Shown piece after piece: positions 15,581-30,355 of a stretch of 64,000 bases of DNA. Location: NCBI RefSeq assembly GCF_009914755.1, contig NC_060929.1, one strand, 5' to 3'. Origin of the DNA: the human T2T-CHM13v2.0 reference genome, Homo sapiens. A model generated the notes under the pieces. That model searched no databases. It worked only from the letters and a program-made list of their open reading frames with translations, and was not told where the DNA came from. Position numbers and translations under genes: made by a program. The first letter of the stretch is position 1, and every line of letters begins with the position of its first letter.

Positions 15581-15834
15581 CAGTTTTCCTGTGTTATACA
15601 TGGCGGGGCTGGTGGCAGGTGTTGGTTCTGGGACCTCTGTGCATACCAGAATCTTTGCATACTCAAGTCCTGTAGTTGGCCCTGCAGGACCTACATATAT
15701 GAAAAGTTGGCCTTCCGTGTATGCAGGTTTCACATCCTGCTAATACTGTATTTTTGTTCTGCATTCGGTTTTTTAAAGTCCTGTGTATAAGTGGACCCAC
15801 ACAGTTCAAAGCCATTTTATTCAAGGGTCAGCTG
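15581..15834 (-). mobile_element. MER8 (Tigger2-derived MITE)
   Basis: ...gtataagtggaccc..cagttcaaa..ttcaagggtcagctg terminus; internal aaaagttggccttccgtgtatgcaggtttcacatcc. Confidence 0.75.
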
Positions 15835-16585
15835 AATTGCCTGTTCATCATCTCATCTAACCCTCACAGTGACTCTGAGATAGGTCCTTTTATAATCCCC
15901 ATTTTACAGATGAAGCTGCTGAGACTTGCAGAGGTTAATTACTAGCCCTTGATGGCCAAGTGGGGATTGGAAGTCAGGTGTGTTGTATTATTCCCCAGCC
16001 TGTGTTCTCCATCACTACGCTTGGGTTTTCTGAGTGAAGTAGGAGAGTGGTCATTAGGCCAAGCACCGACCTCCAGACCACATGTCTTGGGGAAGCTTAT
16101 AAAATTCTCTTGGGGCCTAGCAAAGAGAGGACTCCTAGTCAGTTCTCTTCTTCCCAGCACTTTTGTTCTGGCCAGTGGCTTAGAGTCTTTACTCACTGGC
16201 TGTGGCCGCTTTTACTTCACAGACAGAGTTGTTGTTGATAGGCCAGGGGGCATCTCTTCCTTCCCACAGACTACCTAGACAACATGGCCCTGTTGCAGGG
16301 AATAATTTTGCCCCTGTGAGCCTCAGCACCGCTGTCCTGAAGGTTGTCTCTGTCACTTAGACTTGGAAGCTGGAGAGATAAGTTGCCTTCCCACCTTCTG
16401 GCCTATTTGACCATGCTTCCCACTGAAACCATCTCAGGTGTGAAAATGACCTTAGAATACATCCCATCCAGCCTGCCATTGCATGCTGTGGCTCCTGCCT
16501 GCCCTTCTAGTGACAGGGAGTGCCTTCCCTCCTATACCATGAGGCACTCACACTCACCTCACTGTTACTTTACTTCCTGCTATAG

Positions 16586-16760
16586 CCACAGTCCCACAAG
16601 CCTCAGCCTACCCGTAAACTGCCACCCAAGAAGGACATGAAGGAACAGGAGAAAGGAGAAGGGAGTGATAGTAAGGAGAGTCCAAAAACCAAATCAGATG
16701 AATCAGGGGAGGAAAAGAATGGAGATGAGGATTGCCAGCGAGGCGGGCAGAAGAAGAAAG
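16586..16760 (+). CDS. LARP1: LARP1 exon 4: PQSHKPQPTRKLPPKKDMKEQ...GGQKKK
   Basis: tatag acceptor, aag|gtgagt donor; 175 nt open in frame with exon 3. Confidence 0.95.
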
Positions 16761-17558
16761 GTGAGTGACTGGGAGCAGGACTTGGGAGAAGGTGGCAGGG
16801 TAGAACTGTGAAATGTCAGGACTCCAGGGGACTGCTGGAGGAGCTTTAGGTGCCACCTCTGAAAAGTCAATGGGGAAACTGATGGATGTAGGCTGGTGAG
16901 ATAGCAGTCTTCAACCATCTGTCATTAATCAGTCCCTCCTTTCAAAAAACCTGCTGAAATTTTGGCTTCTCTAATGCTGATCTAGAGTAACCATGGTTTA
17001 AACAAGATAAAACTTTCTTTCTTTGATGTAACAGCTTGGTGTAAATACACCAGGCCTGGTATGGCAACTCCTGAATCCCTTCAGCTTGCTGTGGTACACC
17101 GGTTCTTCATATCATCACTGATGGCTTCCTATTTCCTTCTTCTTCTAGCTAGGAGGAAAGGAAGAGGGAAGGGTGGCCCCTTTCCTTTTAGGGACTCAAC
17201 CTGGAGTTGGTTACTTCAGCTTAGCTCTCGTAGGCAGTGTTTTGGCACCTGTCTATAGGGACTCTGGAAAGCATGGTCTTCATCCTGGGCTGCCATGTGT
17301 CTGACTCCAGAAGGGGATTCTGTGGCCATGGAGACACTGATCTTGGGAGTTAACGAGGAGTCTCTAACACACTGACGGCCACTGACCAGCTTATTTTAGA
17401 GATGAAAAAGAGGGCTAATGTGTGGGAAAGGGATCTGCCCAAGGTAACCAGATTGTGATTTGGGCCCAAGTCCAGGGCAGAAGAAGAGGAGTTGGGTAGA
17501 GCTGGCTAGGAGTGGCCTCTCCCTCAAGCCTTTCTCATGTACCCATGCTGTCTCCCAG

Positions 17559-17687
17559 GAAACAAACACAAGTGGGTTCCATTACAAATAGACATGAAGC
17601 CTGAAGTGCCCAGAGAGAAACTGGCTTCACGCCCCACTCGCCCACCGGAGCCTAGACACATACCTGCCAATCGCGGAGAGATCAAAG
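17559..17687 (+). CDS. LARP1: LARP1 exon 5: (G)NKHKWVPLQIDMKPEV...RGEIK
   Basis: tctcccag acceptor, aag|gtatgc donor; 129 nt; HKWVPL motif. Confidence 0.96.
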
Positions 17688-17763
17688 GTATGCACTACCC
17701 ACTATGGAGGGCCTGGACTTGGGAGACACCCTCAGGCCTGACCTGGTACCCCTCTCCCCATAG

Positions 17764-17964
17764 GGTCTGAGTCTGCCACCTACGTGCCCGTGGCCCCCCC
17801 CACCCCAGCCTGGCAACCAGAGATCAAACCGGAGCCTGCCTGGCACGACCAGGATGAGACATCGAGTGTGAAGAGTGATGGGGCTGGTGGGGCGCGGGCT
17901 TCCTTCCGTGGCCGTGGACGGGGGCGTGGTCGCGGCCGGGGACGCGGCCGGGGTGGCACTCGAA
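17764..17964 (+). CDS. LARP1: LARP1 exon 6 including the RG repeat (RGRGRGRGRGRGRGG)
   Basis: ccccatag acceptor, gaa|gtacgt donor; 201 nt; overlaps ORF 17784..17972. Confidence 0.96.
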
Positions 17965-18063
17965 GTACGTGAGGCCCCTTTGGGCTCCGGGATGTCCAAG
18001 GGTGTGCAGCAGGGGTGGTGGGCAGGAATCTCCTCTCCCTCATGGCACCCGTTTCCCCCATAG

Positions 18064-18226
18064 CCCATTTTGACTACCAGTTTGGCTACCGAAAGTTTGA
18101 TGGTGTGGAGGGGCCTCGTACGCCCAAGTACATGAACAACATCACCTACTACTTTGACAATGTCAGCAGCACCGAGCTTTACAGTGTGGATCAGGAACTG
18201 CTCAAAGACTACATCAAGCGCCAGAT
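18064..18226 (+). CDS. LARP1: LARP1 exon 7: (T)HFDYQFGYRKF...LLKDYIKRQ(I), start of La motif
   Basis: ccccatag acceptor, gat|gtgagt donor; 163 nt. Confidence 0.97.
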
Positions 18227-19138
18227 GTGAGTGTGCGGAAGCCTTCTTACCCTGGAGAAATGAGTGAGAGGTTAGGGGTTGCTAGAGTGTCATAGCTGGG
18301 CAGGCCCTTCTGGTGCTTAGCAGCAGTTTCAGCCTCAGGCTGAAAAGATAGCTTTTCTCATTGTTTATTAAAGAAGTGATACCACATTCTCATTGTTTAT
18401 TACAGAAGTGGTACAACATTTACCTTAAGAAAGTTAGAAACTATACCATTACAAAAAGGAAGGAAAATATTTAGAATCTACCCCCTTCTGTTCTTCCATT
18501 TGTAATGACAACATTGACAGAATACTAACATTTATTGAATCCTTAGTATCGGCCAGGCTCAGTGTTTATTGTTGTAGAGGCATTATCTTAGTCCTGCAGT
18601 TCTTATCTGTTGAATTCCTATGAGCTGAGTCTTTTAGCCCCAGTTTATAGACAAGCAAACCGGCCCAGTAATTTGCACAGAATCTCACAGCTAGTAAGTA
18701 ACAAAGCACAGATTTAAATCCTTTTCTGTCCTATTATAGAACCTTTGTTCTTAACCACTCTGATATATTGTCTCTCAGTCCAGTAAGGAAGTCATACAAG
18801 AAAATAAATGGTTGCAATAGAGTGTTTATAAGTGTTTTAGGAGCAGAAGAGAAAGTGACCAACAATATTTGGACTGGAATTTAAAGGAGGATGAGGAGTT
18901 TGACAGGCATGTCGAGGGGCTTAGGGCAGAGGGAGTGATTTGACCCAAGCAAGGTAGGGTGTCATGAAGGGATCACATCATTTCTTTTCAGCCCTCAACA
19001 CTGTTGGTATATAGGATAAGGATGGGGTAGGTCAGAGGCTGTGTGAGATTGCTGGGGTGTGTAGCAGAACAAGGAAGGCATACTCATAAAACTGATGCAC
19101 CAATCCCTCGGTGATAACTACTTCTTCCCTCCACTTAG

Positions 19139-19283
19139 TGAATACTACTTCAGCGTGGACAATTTAGAGCGAGACTTCTTCCTGCGAAGGAAAATGGATG
19201 CTGATGGTTTCCTACCCATCACCCTTATTGCTTCCTTCCACCGAGTGCAGGCCCTTACCACTGACATTTCACTCATCTTTGCG
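19139..19283 (+). CDS. LARP1: LARP1 exon 8: La motif core [36 protein letters not shown]
   Basis: Canonical La-motif signature (QIEYYFS..NL..D.FL); ccacttag acceptor, gcg|gtatgt donor; 145 nt. Confidence 0.98.
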
Positions 19284-19449
19284 GTATGTCTTCCTCCCTG
19301 GAGCTGGGATGCAGGGGAAAGAAAGGTCCTTAGGGAGCTGGAGTTTGGGCCAAGGCAGAAAGCCCTGGAAGAGTCATCATCTGATGACTTCTGCTGAAGT
19401 CTCAAGGCTTGGCTAGTCTCCTCCTCTCCCTCCTTCCTTCCTTTCTCTC

Positions 19450-21945
<2,496 letters not shown>

Positions 21946-22496
21946 CTCTACATTCTTACAATACCTCCACTACCACTGAAAACAGTTTTTCCACTTATAC
22001 AGTATCTTCAAGTCATTTGAAAGAATCTTTGTGTGGTTTCACATTTAAATTGATATATATATTAGTTTTATTTTGCTTCCAAGTTTTAGAGATTGCTTTC
22101 TCCCTACCCCTATAATTTTCTAAGTTGTTTTACATTTGTGTAAAACATTTACGTGGTTCTAGAGTCTCAGCATGGTATAGTCATAGAAGTCTGACTTAAA
22201 TTCTGTCACTTACACCCTTTCTTCTCTTACAGGCAAACTTTTTAGAACCTTTCCATTTAAGAAAAAAGCAAATGCCTCTACATGTATTTGTATCCTTGGT
22301 AAATGGAAATATACAACACATGGCATTTCTTCAATTCTTTTTTGTTTTAACTTAATATATCTGGGAGCTAACTGCAAAGTAGCAGTATATAATAGAAAGA
22401 TATTCCTCATTCCTGTGTACAGTTGCATAGTTCACCATTGTGTGGAATGCTCCATGTTTTTTCAACTGCTGCTCCTATAGATGGATGTTTTGGTTG

Positions 22497-23125
22497 TTTT
22501 TTTGAGACTAGGTCTTGCTCTTTTGCCCAGGCTGGAGTTAGTACAGTGGTGTTATCAAAGCTCACTGCAACCTCAACCATCTAGGCTCCCAAGTAGCTGG
22601 GACCACAGATGTATGCCAGCGCCACCTTTTTACGATTTGTAGTGATAGAGTCTCGCTATTTTGCTCAGGCTGGTCTTGAACTCCTTTGCTCAAGCGATCT
22701 ACCCACCTTGACCTCCCAAAATGTTGGGATTACAGGTGTGAGCCACTGTACCCAGCCTGCTTTTTTGATTAATATTTTGTGGGTTTATCCACCTCAGCAC
22801 ATGTAAAGTTGGTTGTTTTTTTGTTTGTTTGTTTGTTTGTTTGTTTGAGACGGAGTCTCGCCCTGTCGCCCAGGCTGGAGTGCAGTGGCACCATCTCGGC
22901 TCACCACAACCTCCACCTCCTGGGTTCAAGCGATTCTCCTGCTTAACCTCTCGAATAGCTGGGACTATAGGCGTGTGCCACCACAACCAGCTAATTTTTG
23001 TATTTTTAGTAGAGATGGGGTTTCACCATGTTGGCCAGGATGGTCTCAATCTCTTGACCTTGTGATCTGCCTGCCTGGGGCTCCCAAAGTGCTAGGATTA
23101 TAGACGTGAGCCACCAGGCCCGACC
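22497..23125 (-). mobile_element. Two antisense Alus (about 22497-22757 AluJ-like, deleted; 22815-23125 with (GTTT)n tail)
   Basis: Alu reverse complement; TSD tgtaaagtt for the second. Confidence 0.9.
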
Positions 23126-23554
23126 TGTAAAGTTTTTTAATGTCTGAGTAGTGTTCCATCATGCATATGCTGTAAATATTTAAATTGCCTATGCGATGGC
23201 AAGTTAGGTATTTTATAGTTCTTTTTCTACTCTAGTTTTACTGTGAATGGCTTTTTGTCCAGATATTATACATACTGCTCCCTGTTTGTGCAAGTGTTCT
23301 CTAGAGCAGATTACTGGAAGTAGGATTGCAGGCTCAAAGAGTAAAAGGGTAGGTGTATTTATTATGCTGGTACCTCCTACAAGTTTGAACATCTCACATT
23401 ATCTACCAGTCGTGGAAGATGGTGTCAATTTTCTTATATTACTGGTAGCATTGGACTCATACCAAGCTCAGGGGAACCCAGTTGTCTACCATTTCCAAGA
23501 TCTTTCTGTCCAAGATTTTCTTCTTAATCCCCTCTTCCTTCTCCTCCCCTTCAG

Positions 23555-23723
23555 GCCCTAAAGGACAGCAAGGTGGTGGAGATCGTTGATGAGAAAGTTC
23601 GTAGGAGGGAGGAACCAGAAAAGTGGCCTCTTCCCCCAATAGTGGATTATTCACAGACTGATTTCTCCCAGCTTCTCAACTGCCCTGAATTTGTTCCCCG
23701 TCAGCACTACCAAAAGGAGACAG
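23555..23723 (+). CDS. LARP1: LARP1 exon 9: end of La motif plus PAM2 motif ([14 protein letters not shown], 23657-23698)
   Basis: Long pyrimidine tract then tcag acceptor, cag|gtaggt donor; 169 nt; LNxxEFVP PAM2-type motif. Confidence 0.96.
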
Positions 23724-23836
23724 GTAGGTACCTGCTGGCATGAAGATTGCCCTTGTCCTCTGGGCAACAGTCCTCCTCAGGGCTGGCATCAGGAGGAGGA
23801 CTGGAGGGATGAGGACTTCCCCTTTCCACCCTTTAG

Positions 23837-24006
23837 AGTCGGCACCTGGCTCTCCTCGTGCAGTCACCCCAGTGCCAACCAAAACAGAGGAGGTCAGCAA
23901 CCTAAAGACACTACCCAAGGGCCTGTCTGCCAGCCTGCCTGACCTGGATTCTGAGAACTGGATTGAAGTGAAGAAGAGGCCTCGGCCATCCCCAGCACGG
24001 CCCAAG
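23837..24006 (+). CDS. LARP1: LARP1 exon 10: (E)SAPGSPRAVTPVPTKTEE...NWIEVKKRPRPSPARPK
   Basis: ctttag acceptor, aag|gtgggt donor; 170 nt. Confidence 0.96.
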
Positions 24007-25970
24007 GTGGGTGAGGCCTTGTCCCTTGCCTTGGTTCTAGCACTCTGAGCTAGGGTGCTTGAAGGGGATAACACATGGGCACAGCACTCTAGCTCTGAGG
24101 GGCCAGCAGGAAATCTGGGTAGTTCAGGATCATAGTGTGAGTTGAAGTTACCAGTAGTGGCTACAGAAAGGTTGATTTGGCTTGTTTCCATTTCCTGTGG
24201 GGAACCACCCTTTAGGGCGCCCTACTGTGTGAGTTCCTCGGTGACATTTTTCTTAAGGGATCATGCAGCATCTGGCAGCGATGTTTCTGGCTTCTTGATT
24301 CTTGGCTCTTCTTTTTGCTCCATCTAAATTTCTGGGGCTGCGTTTTTGGTGTCTTTTCCCTGAGTATGTCCCCACTATCATGTATGTAAGCCCCTTAGGT
24401 CCTCAGAAGAAGGAAGGGAGAGGGAGCAGATGCATGGCCCAAATATGGAGTTAGTCTACACAAGTCTGCTGCACTAATGGCAAGGTGACCTTGGGAAGCC
24501 TGTTCATACCTCAAGGCTTCAGTTTCTCCATCTGCAGATGAAAGGAAGGAGACATTAGAATATTCTAGAAATAGTTTATATATATAAACAGATGAAGTTC
24601 ACTGTTAAAGAAGTATTGCAATCTCTAACTAAAATTACTACTTCCTTTTTAAGTGCTGAATTTTTCTCCACATACCTGCTCACTGTCACCCACTTTGGAG
24701 ACCTCTGGCCTGGGGCTTGTGAGGAGACTGCAGAATTGACCTTGAACTTTGGGTCTATGGAATTCTATACTCCCTTATCTATTTTCCCACAGTGATTACC
24801 TCTCATCTCCTTTCTCTTGCCTGCCTGTTCATACACAGAATTCCCCACAGTTGTGGCTTCAGCCCTCAAAAAGTGTTGGAGATCCAGCCAGAGACATGAG
24901 GAGAAAGGTAGTAAGTAGATGAGGGTTTTACAAAGTCCAGGCCTACAAAGTTTTGTTTGAAACAGGGGTCAGACTTAGCTCCCATTCCAGAATTAGAGCC
25001 CCTACTCTGACCTGGTCTATCTTAAACCTTAAAAAAAGATAGGTTTAGAGTTTATGTGCTCTTGGCACAGCAGGGAATCTACTTTTGAATAAATACTGTG
25101 GGTTTAGACAAATGCTTCTCTCTCAGCGTCTCATATTCAGTCTATCAAAACAAATAGTTTTTCTTTGCTGAAGGCACCGTGTTTTCTCTTGCCTTTGGAA
25201 CAATGGTATTCTTTCTGCCTAGTCTGTCCCTATCTTCATCTGGCTTACTTATGTTCATCCTGTGGTAGTCACTTCTTGAAGGAGGCCTTCCGTAACCATT
25301 CTTAGTCACAGTTGACTAAGCTCCTTTAACTGTGTGCATCCACAAACCTGCTTATAGCCTTTACCATACCACAATGCAGTTGGCTGTTTGGTTGACTTTC
25401 TCCCATTGAGCTCCCTAAGTAACAGGGACCTTGTCTTATTCTGCTTTTAGGTTTTTCATACAGAGCTTAGGACTAATGGGTACTCCCTCATTTATTATAT
25501 AATTGAACATCTGGTATTACCAGATCCCCGTCTAGGTACTGAGTATATAATGGAAAGCAAGGCAGCTGTGGATCATGGAGCTTCCAGTTTATTGGGAGAT
25601 GTTGAATAGATGGATAAGTGGATGAATCAACCTGCTGAACTTCTGTGTGTCCACTCCTAAGCTAGGTGCTATGTAGGATATAAAGGTAAATGAGAGCACA
25701 GTTCCTGCCTATAGAGAAGTCATCATCAGTTGTTTGTGCATGACTGTGATATGAGCTGTGAGTGGAGGAACCTGGACTTCTATGAAACATCCTTTCTCAT
25801 AGTCATAAAGCTGACTCCCAGGATGACGCTTGTGACCTGCTGGTGTTACCAGGGTCATAGTTGAACAGTCTTATGTTGAGAGGCTGGAGCTTCCCTCTCA
25901 TGGTATAGCTACAGAATCTGGGCCAAGGATCTCTGGTGATTCCTTTTCCCCTTCGTCTGTCCTATTTTAG

Positions 25971-26363
25971 AAGTCAGAGGAGTCCAGATTTTCCCACCTG
26001 ACCTCTCTGCCTCAGCAGCTGCCTTCCCAGCAGCTGATGTCCAAGGATCAGGATGAGCAAGAGGAACTGGATTTTCTGTTTGACGAGGAGATGGAGCAGA
26101 TGGATGGGCGGAAGAACACCTTCACTGCCTGGTCTGATGAGGAATCTGACTATGAGATTGATGACAGGGATGTCAACAAGATCCTCATTGTCACCCAGAC
26201 ACCACATTACATGCGCCGGCACCCAGGGGGGGACCGCACAGGCAACCACACCTCGCGTGCCAAGATGAGCGCCGAACTGGCCAAGGTCATTAATGATGGC
26301 CTCTTCTACTATGAGCAGGACCTGTGGGCTGAAAAGTTTGAACCTGAGTATTCCCAGATCAAG
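25971..26363 (+). CDS. LARP1: LARP1 exon 11: acidic tract and 40S ribosome-binding region (DVNKILIVTQ...GGDRTG...INDGLFYYEQDLW)
   Basis: ttttag acceptor, aag|gtgagg donor; 393 nt; overlaps ORF 26037..26465. Confidence 0.97.
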
Positions 26364-27253
26364 GTGAGGCTTGGACATAGCAGTGAGTGTGGAGCCTGGT
26401 GTGCCTGTATTGTACGGAGAAGAGGAAGCCTGATTAGCTGTGCAATTTTAGGCAGGTCCTTATAATTCAGAGTCTCAGGATTTTTATATATGGGAAGGGG
26501 ATGATGACTGACATCTAGCTTGGGCATTAGGAGTGAGGGGTGATGTGTAAACACTGCAAACTCTTCAGGTGAGGCGGTGGTGATTATTATCCTATCTGCG
26601 GATCCATAGTTAATATTCTGACAGTTGGCTAGACACTTTTGTGGGGAACAGAAAAAGGGTTAGATTGTTATTTCTAGTCTTAAATATTTAGGCATCTAAA
26701 AATTTAGAAGCCTTTTAAGAAGCTTGTGTTGAGTATGGAAAATGGAGAAAAGATAAGTCTTTTGAAAAATTGCTGCTGCCTGGAAATAGTCAAAACATCT
26801 CTGTTGTGGGATTTTAGAGTGGGTATGTTTGGTGGTAGGTTGTCCTAGGGTGAGCCTTTGTAATAAGTAGCAGTGTGTTTCCTGGAAGTAAGGAGGAAGG
26901 AGAGTTGCCCAGCCACTGTGTGATAAGGCAGTAGCAGAAAGAGAGATGGGGAAACACTGGAGCTTTCAGGGGGGAGTGTGTAGTGAGTTCCTGAGGAGCT
27001 ACTGTCAGCCTGATCTCAGTCTTACTACAGGGAGGGCAGGGCAAGCACTGTCTTCTTCTGGGCTAGCACACTTGTGCCAAGGTAACTGGGGTGAGGAATG
27101 GTGACTGGGCAGCTGAGAGCCTGGGGACCAGAATTCCACGTATGTCGACGTGGGAGCTGCCCTCTCCAACTTCCTGCCAGTCTTGATTCCTTAAACAGGC
27201 TAGAGCAGCCTGCTTACTTACATCTTTCCCCACTCATCTCATGACCTCTGCAG

Positions 27254-27377
27254 CAAGAAGTCGAGAACTTCAAAAAGGTCAATATGATCAGCCGGGAGCA
27301 GTTTGACACACTGACCCCTGAGCCCCCTGTGGATCCCAACCAGGAAGTTCCTCCTGGGCCACCTCGGTTCCAGCAAG
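27254..27377 (+). CDS. LARP1: LARP1 exon 12: QEVENFKKVNMISREQF...PPRFQQ
   Basis: ctgcag acceptor, aag|gtgaga donor; 124 nt. Confidence 0.95.
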
Positions 27378-27503
27378 GTGAGAAGCAGACACCTGAGATC
27401 CTGACATGGGTGAGAGGATCTAGGGCCCTTGGACTGGGGGCTATCCTGGGGTGGATGCCACAGGCCTTTCCCTGCTTCCTGACTCCTCTCTCTGCCTCTG
27501 CAG

Positions 27504-27709
27504 TTCCTACGGATGCCCTGGCCAACAAGTTGTTTGGTGCTCCTGAGCCCTCCACCATCGCCCGCTCTCTACCAACCACTGTCCCAGAGTCACCAAACTA
27601 CCGCAACACCAGGACCCCTCGCACTCCCCGGACACCACAGCTCAAAGACTCAAGCCAGACATCACGGTTTTACCCAGTGGTGAAAGAAGGACGGACACTG
27701 GATGCCAAG
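27504..27709 (+). CDS. LARP1: LARP1 exon 13: (V)PTDALANKLF...SLPTTVPESPNYRNTRTPRTPRTP...RFYPVVKEGRTLDAK
   Basis: ctgcag acceptor, aag|gtgagg donor; 206 nt; S/T-P-rich phosphorylation cluster. Confidence 0.96.
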
Positions 27710-28164
27710 GTGAGGCATTCCTGTCGGGCTGCTCAGAGTCTTGGGTCTACTTCATTGCATTCCAGTGCTTTGCTTCTCTCCCTTGCCTTGTCTGAGCTAA
27801 GGAAGTGCTAAATCCTTCACCTGCTCTGTGTTCTGAGGCTGGTGGGCTTACCTAGGATTAGGTAGCCACATCTGCAAAATATACTGGGTGTGGGAGTGGT
27901 AACCCCATGTTGAAAGGCCTAAGGAGGATTGACCAGGTATGAGTCCTTGGGCAAATCACTGCATTCCCAAACCTTGATTTCTTCACCTGTTTGAAATAGG
28001 CATACCAGTTCCTAGCTCACCACTGTGAACTTTATACGAGAATGAATATGAAAATGCTGTTGTAAAATGTGAGAGATCATGCCCATCTTAGTCCTACAAG
28101 TGCTTGATGCTCCTCAGAGTTGTAGGAGTACAAACAGTAACAAACCCTGGGCTAACCTTTGCAG

Positions 28165-28271
28165 ATGCCTCGAAAAAGAAAGACAAGACACAGTTCAAAC
28201 CCACCCTTGGAGAGCCATGTGGGCTGGGTGATGGATTCCCGTGAGCACAGGCCCCGTACTGCTTCCATCAG
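28165..28271 (+). CDS. LARP1: LARP1 exon 14: MPRKRKTRHSSNPPLESHVGWVMDSREHRPRTASI
   Basis: ttgcag acceptor, cag|gtacct donor; 107 nt. Confidence 0.96.
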
Positions 28272-28868
28272 GTACCTGGGGCAGTGGGGGAAGAGTGATC
28301 AGGCTGCCTATGGGATGGGTGGGCGAGCCATGAAATTGACTGGACCAAGAAGATTGGTCTGAAAATTAAAGGGACCCTCATCTAAGAGGTTTTCAAAAAA
28401 CCAGTGGTGTGGAAAGCTCAGCCCAGGACCTGGGAATGACGGGTAGGCTTTTTTCCTAAAGAAGTGGTGTGGCAGTCACGTGAGACCAGATTTTCATACA
28501 TGCAGAGAGAAAATCTCTGAATTGGTTTCCAAGCCTGGCTATCTACTTTCTGTCTGAGGAAGAATAGCCAGGTAGTTGAATAAACAGATTTCTGGCAGTC
28601 TCTCTGAGCCTACTATGTCTTGGGAGGCTACTTGAAAAGTTTTAAAAATTAAAAAAATACATATTTATTGGCCCCAACCTGTATCTGCTGACCCTGCTTC
28701 TTGGGGTAGGGCCCACACTCTTTTTTATTTATTTCAGTAAGATGGCCCCAGTGTGTGTTTCCTGTTTCCCAAAGCAAGCTTTGAGAGCCACCTACCTATG
28801 ACCAATGCTCTCTACTCCCTGCAGAGATGGCACAGACTGCAAATAGGCATGCTTTTGAAGAAAATATA

Positions 28869-29492
28869 CAATTGATCTTTGAACAACGAAGGGCGTGGGG
28901 TGCCCAGCTGCACACAGTTGAAAATCCGTGTATAACTTTTGACTCTCCAAAAGCCTACTGTTAACCAGAAGCCTTACCAATAACATATAGTCAATTAGCA
29001 CATGTTTTGCATATTATATGTATTACATACTGTATTCTTACAATAAGCTAAATAAAAAATATTACTAAGAAAATCACAAAGAAGGGAACAACAAACACTG
29101 GGGCCTACTTGGTGGGGAGAGGGAGGAGAGTGAGGTACAGTTTACCTACTTAACAAACCTGTACACATACCTCTGAACCTAAAATAAAAGTTAAAATCAT
29201 AAGAGAAAATATTTACTGTTCAGTAAGTGGAAGTAGAATCATCATAAAGGTCTTCATCGTCGTGGTCTTCATGTTTAGCAGGCTGAGAAGGAGGGGTTGG
29301 TCTTGCTCTCTCGAGTGGCAAAGGGGAATCATCATAAAGGTCCTCATCCTCATGGTCTTCACATTGAGCAGGCTGAGAAGGAGGGGTTGGTCTTGCTGTC
29401 TCAAGAGTGGCAAAGGTGGAAGAAATCTGCGTATAAGTGGACCCACGCGTGGATCCATGCATTTCAAACCCATGTTGTTCAAGGGTTCACTG
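28869..29492. mobile_element. Tigger2-family MITE with an inserted L1 3' fragment (about 29084-29192) and a 90-bp internal duplication
   Basis: TIRs ta|caattgatctttgaacaac ... gttgttcaagggttcactg|ta; TA TSD. Confidence 0.8.
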
Positions 29493-29844
29493 TAGATGGA
29501 TTGACCCATGATGGCTCATTAAAAGGTTAAATGCTTAAAGTTAATAAATGGTTAAAAGCTCAAGTTTTATCATTGGACACGTTTCTGCCATTAAATAGTC
29601 TTATGACCCTGGATGAGTCTCCTAATCTCTGTAAGCCTCAGTATCCTCTGTAAAACTCTCTGAGAGTTGATGCAGAGTTAATCAGACCCATGGATATAAG
29701 TTAAAGGTCCGTAACTGGGCCTCCTTGTTTGATACCCTGTGAGAGGATGGATCTTGGCTGACAGAACGGATCAGAGGGACCCCTCCTGACATGGTGGGGC
29801 TGCTGTGGGGAACCTGGTGACAGTATTTTTTGTGGTTTCTGTAG

Positions 29845-29996
29845 CTCCAGCCCCTCAGAAGGGACGCCTACAGTTGGCAGCTATGGCTGTACCCCTCAGT
29901 CATTGCCCAAGTTCCAGCATCCTTCCCATGAACTGCTCAAGGAAAATGGCTTCACACAACACGTCTACCATAAGTATCGTAGGCGCTGCCTTAATG
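29845..29996 (+). CDS. LARP1: LARP1 exon 15: SSPSEGTP...FQHPSHELLKENGFTQHVYHKYRRRCLN (start of DM15)
   Basis: ctgtag acceptor, atg|gtaaga donor; 152 nt; HPSHELL DM15 signature. Confidence 0.97.
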
Positions 29997-30355
29997 GTAA
30001 GAAGTGTGGGGGGCAGGAGATGAGCCTCTGGGCCCGTTATTTAGACCCAGAGTATAAGAGTTGGGGGATACGGGGATAGGTGACTCTTTTCTCTGACTTC
30101 AGAGCAAAAAAAAGACATGACATTATAGCAAGAAAGACTGAAGTTAGACTCGGGCCAGGTAGTTTTAAACTGTAGGAAGCTAGGGGGATATGGCACTCAC
30201 AACGTTCGTGTTCTTTGATCTTCCTCTATTGATTATTAAAGCTGTCAATTAAGTATTTCCATATCTCTGGCAAGATTACTGACTCAGCCATTGTCAGGTC
30301 TAGTCCACTGTCCATCACAAAAGGGTATGTAAGAGGTGACATATGCTCTCTAGAA

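Noticed and set aside
16238-16254. CTCF-like ggccagggggcatc (similar at ~40371)
   Set aside because: Only a partial match to the core motif; not supportable without a matrix scan or ChIP data
17965-18063. 99-nt (3n) intron as an in-frame retained intron; likewise the 156-nt intron 35321-35476
   Set aside because: In-frame TGA within a few codons of the donor
29213-29530. ORFs with an internally repeated peptide
   Set aside because: Explained by the 90-bp duplication in the Tigger2-type MITE
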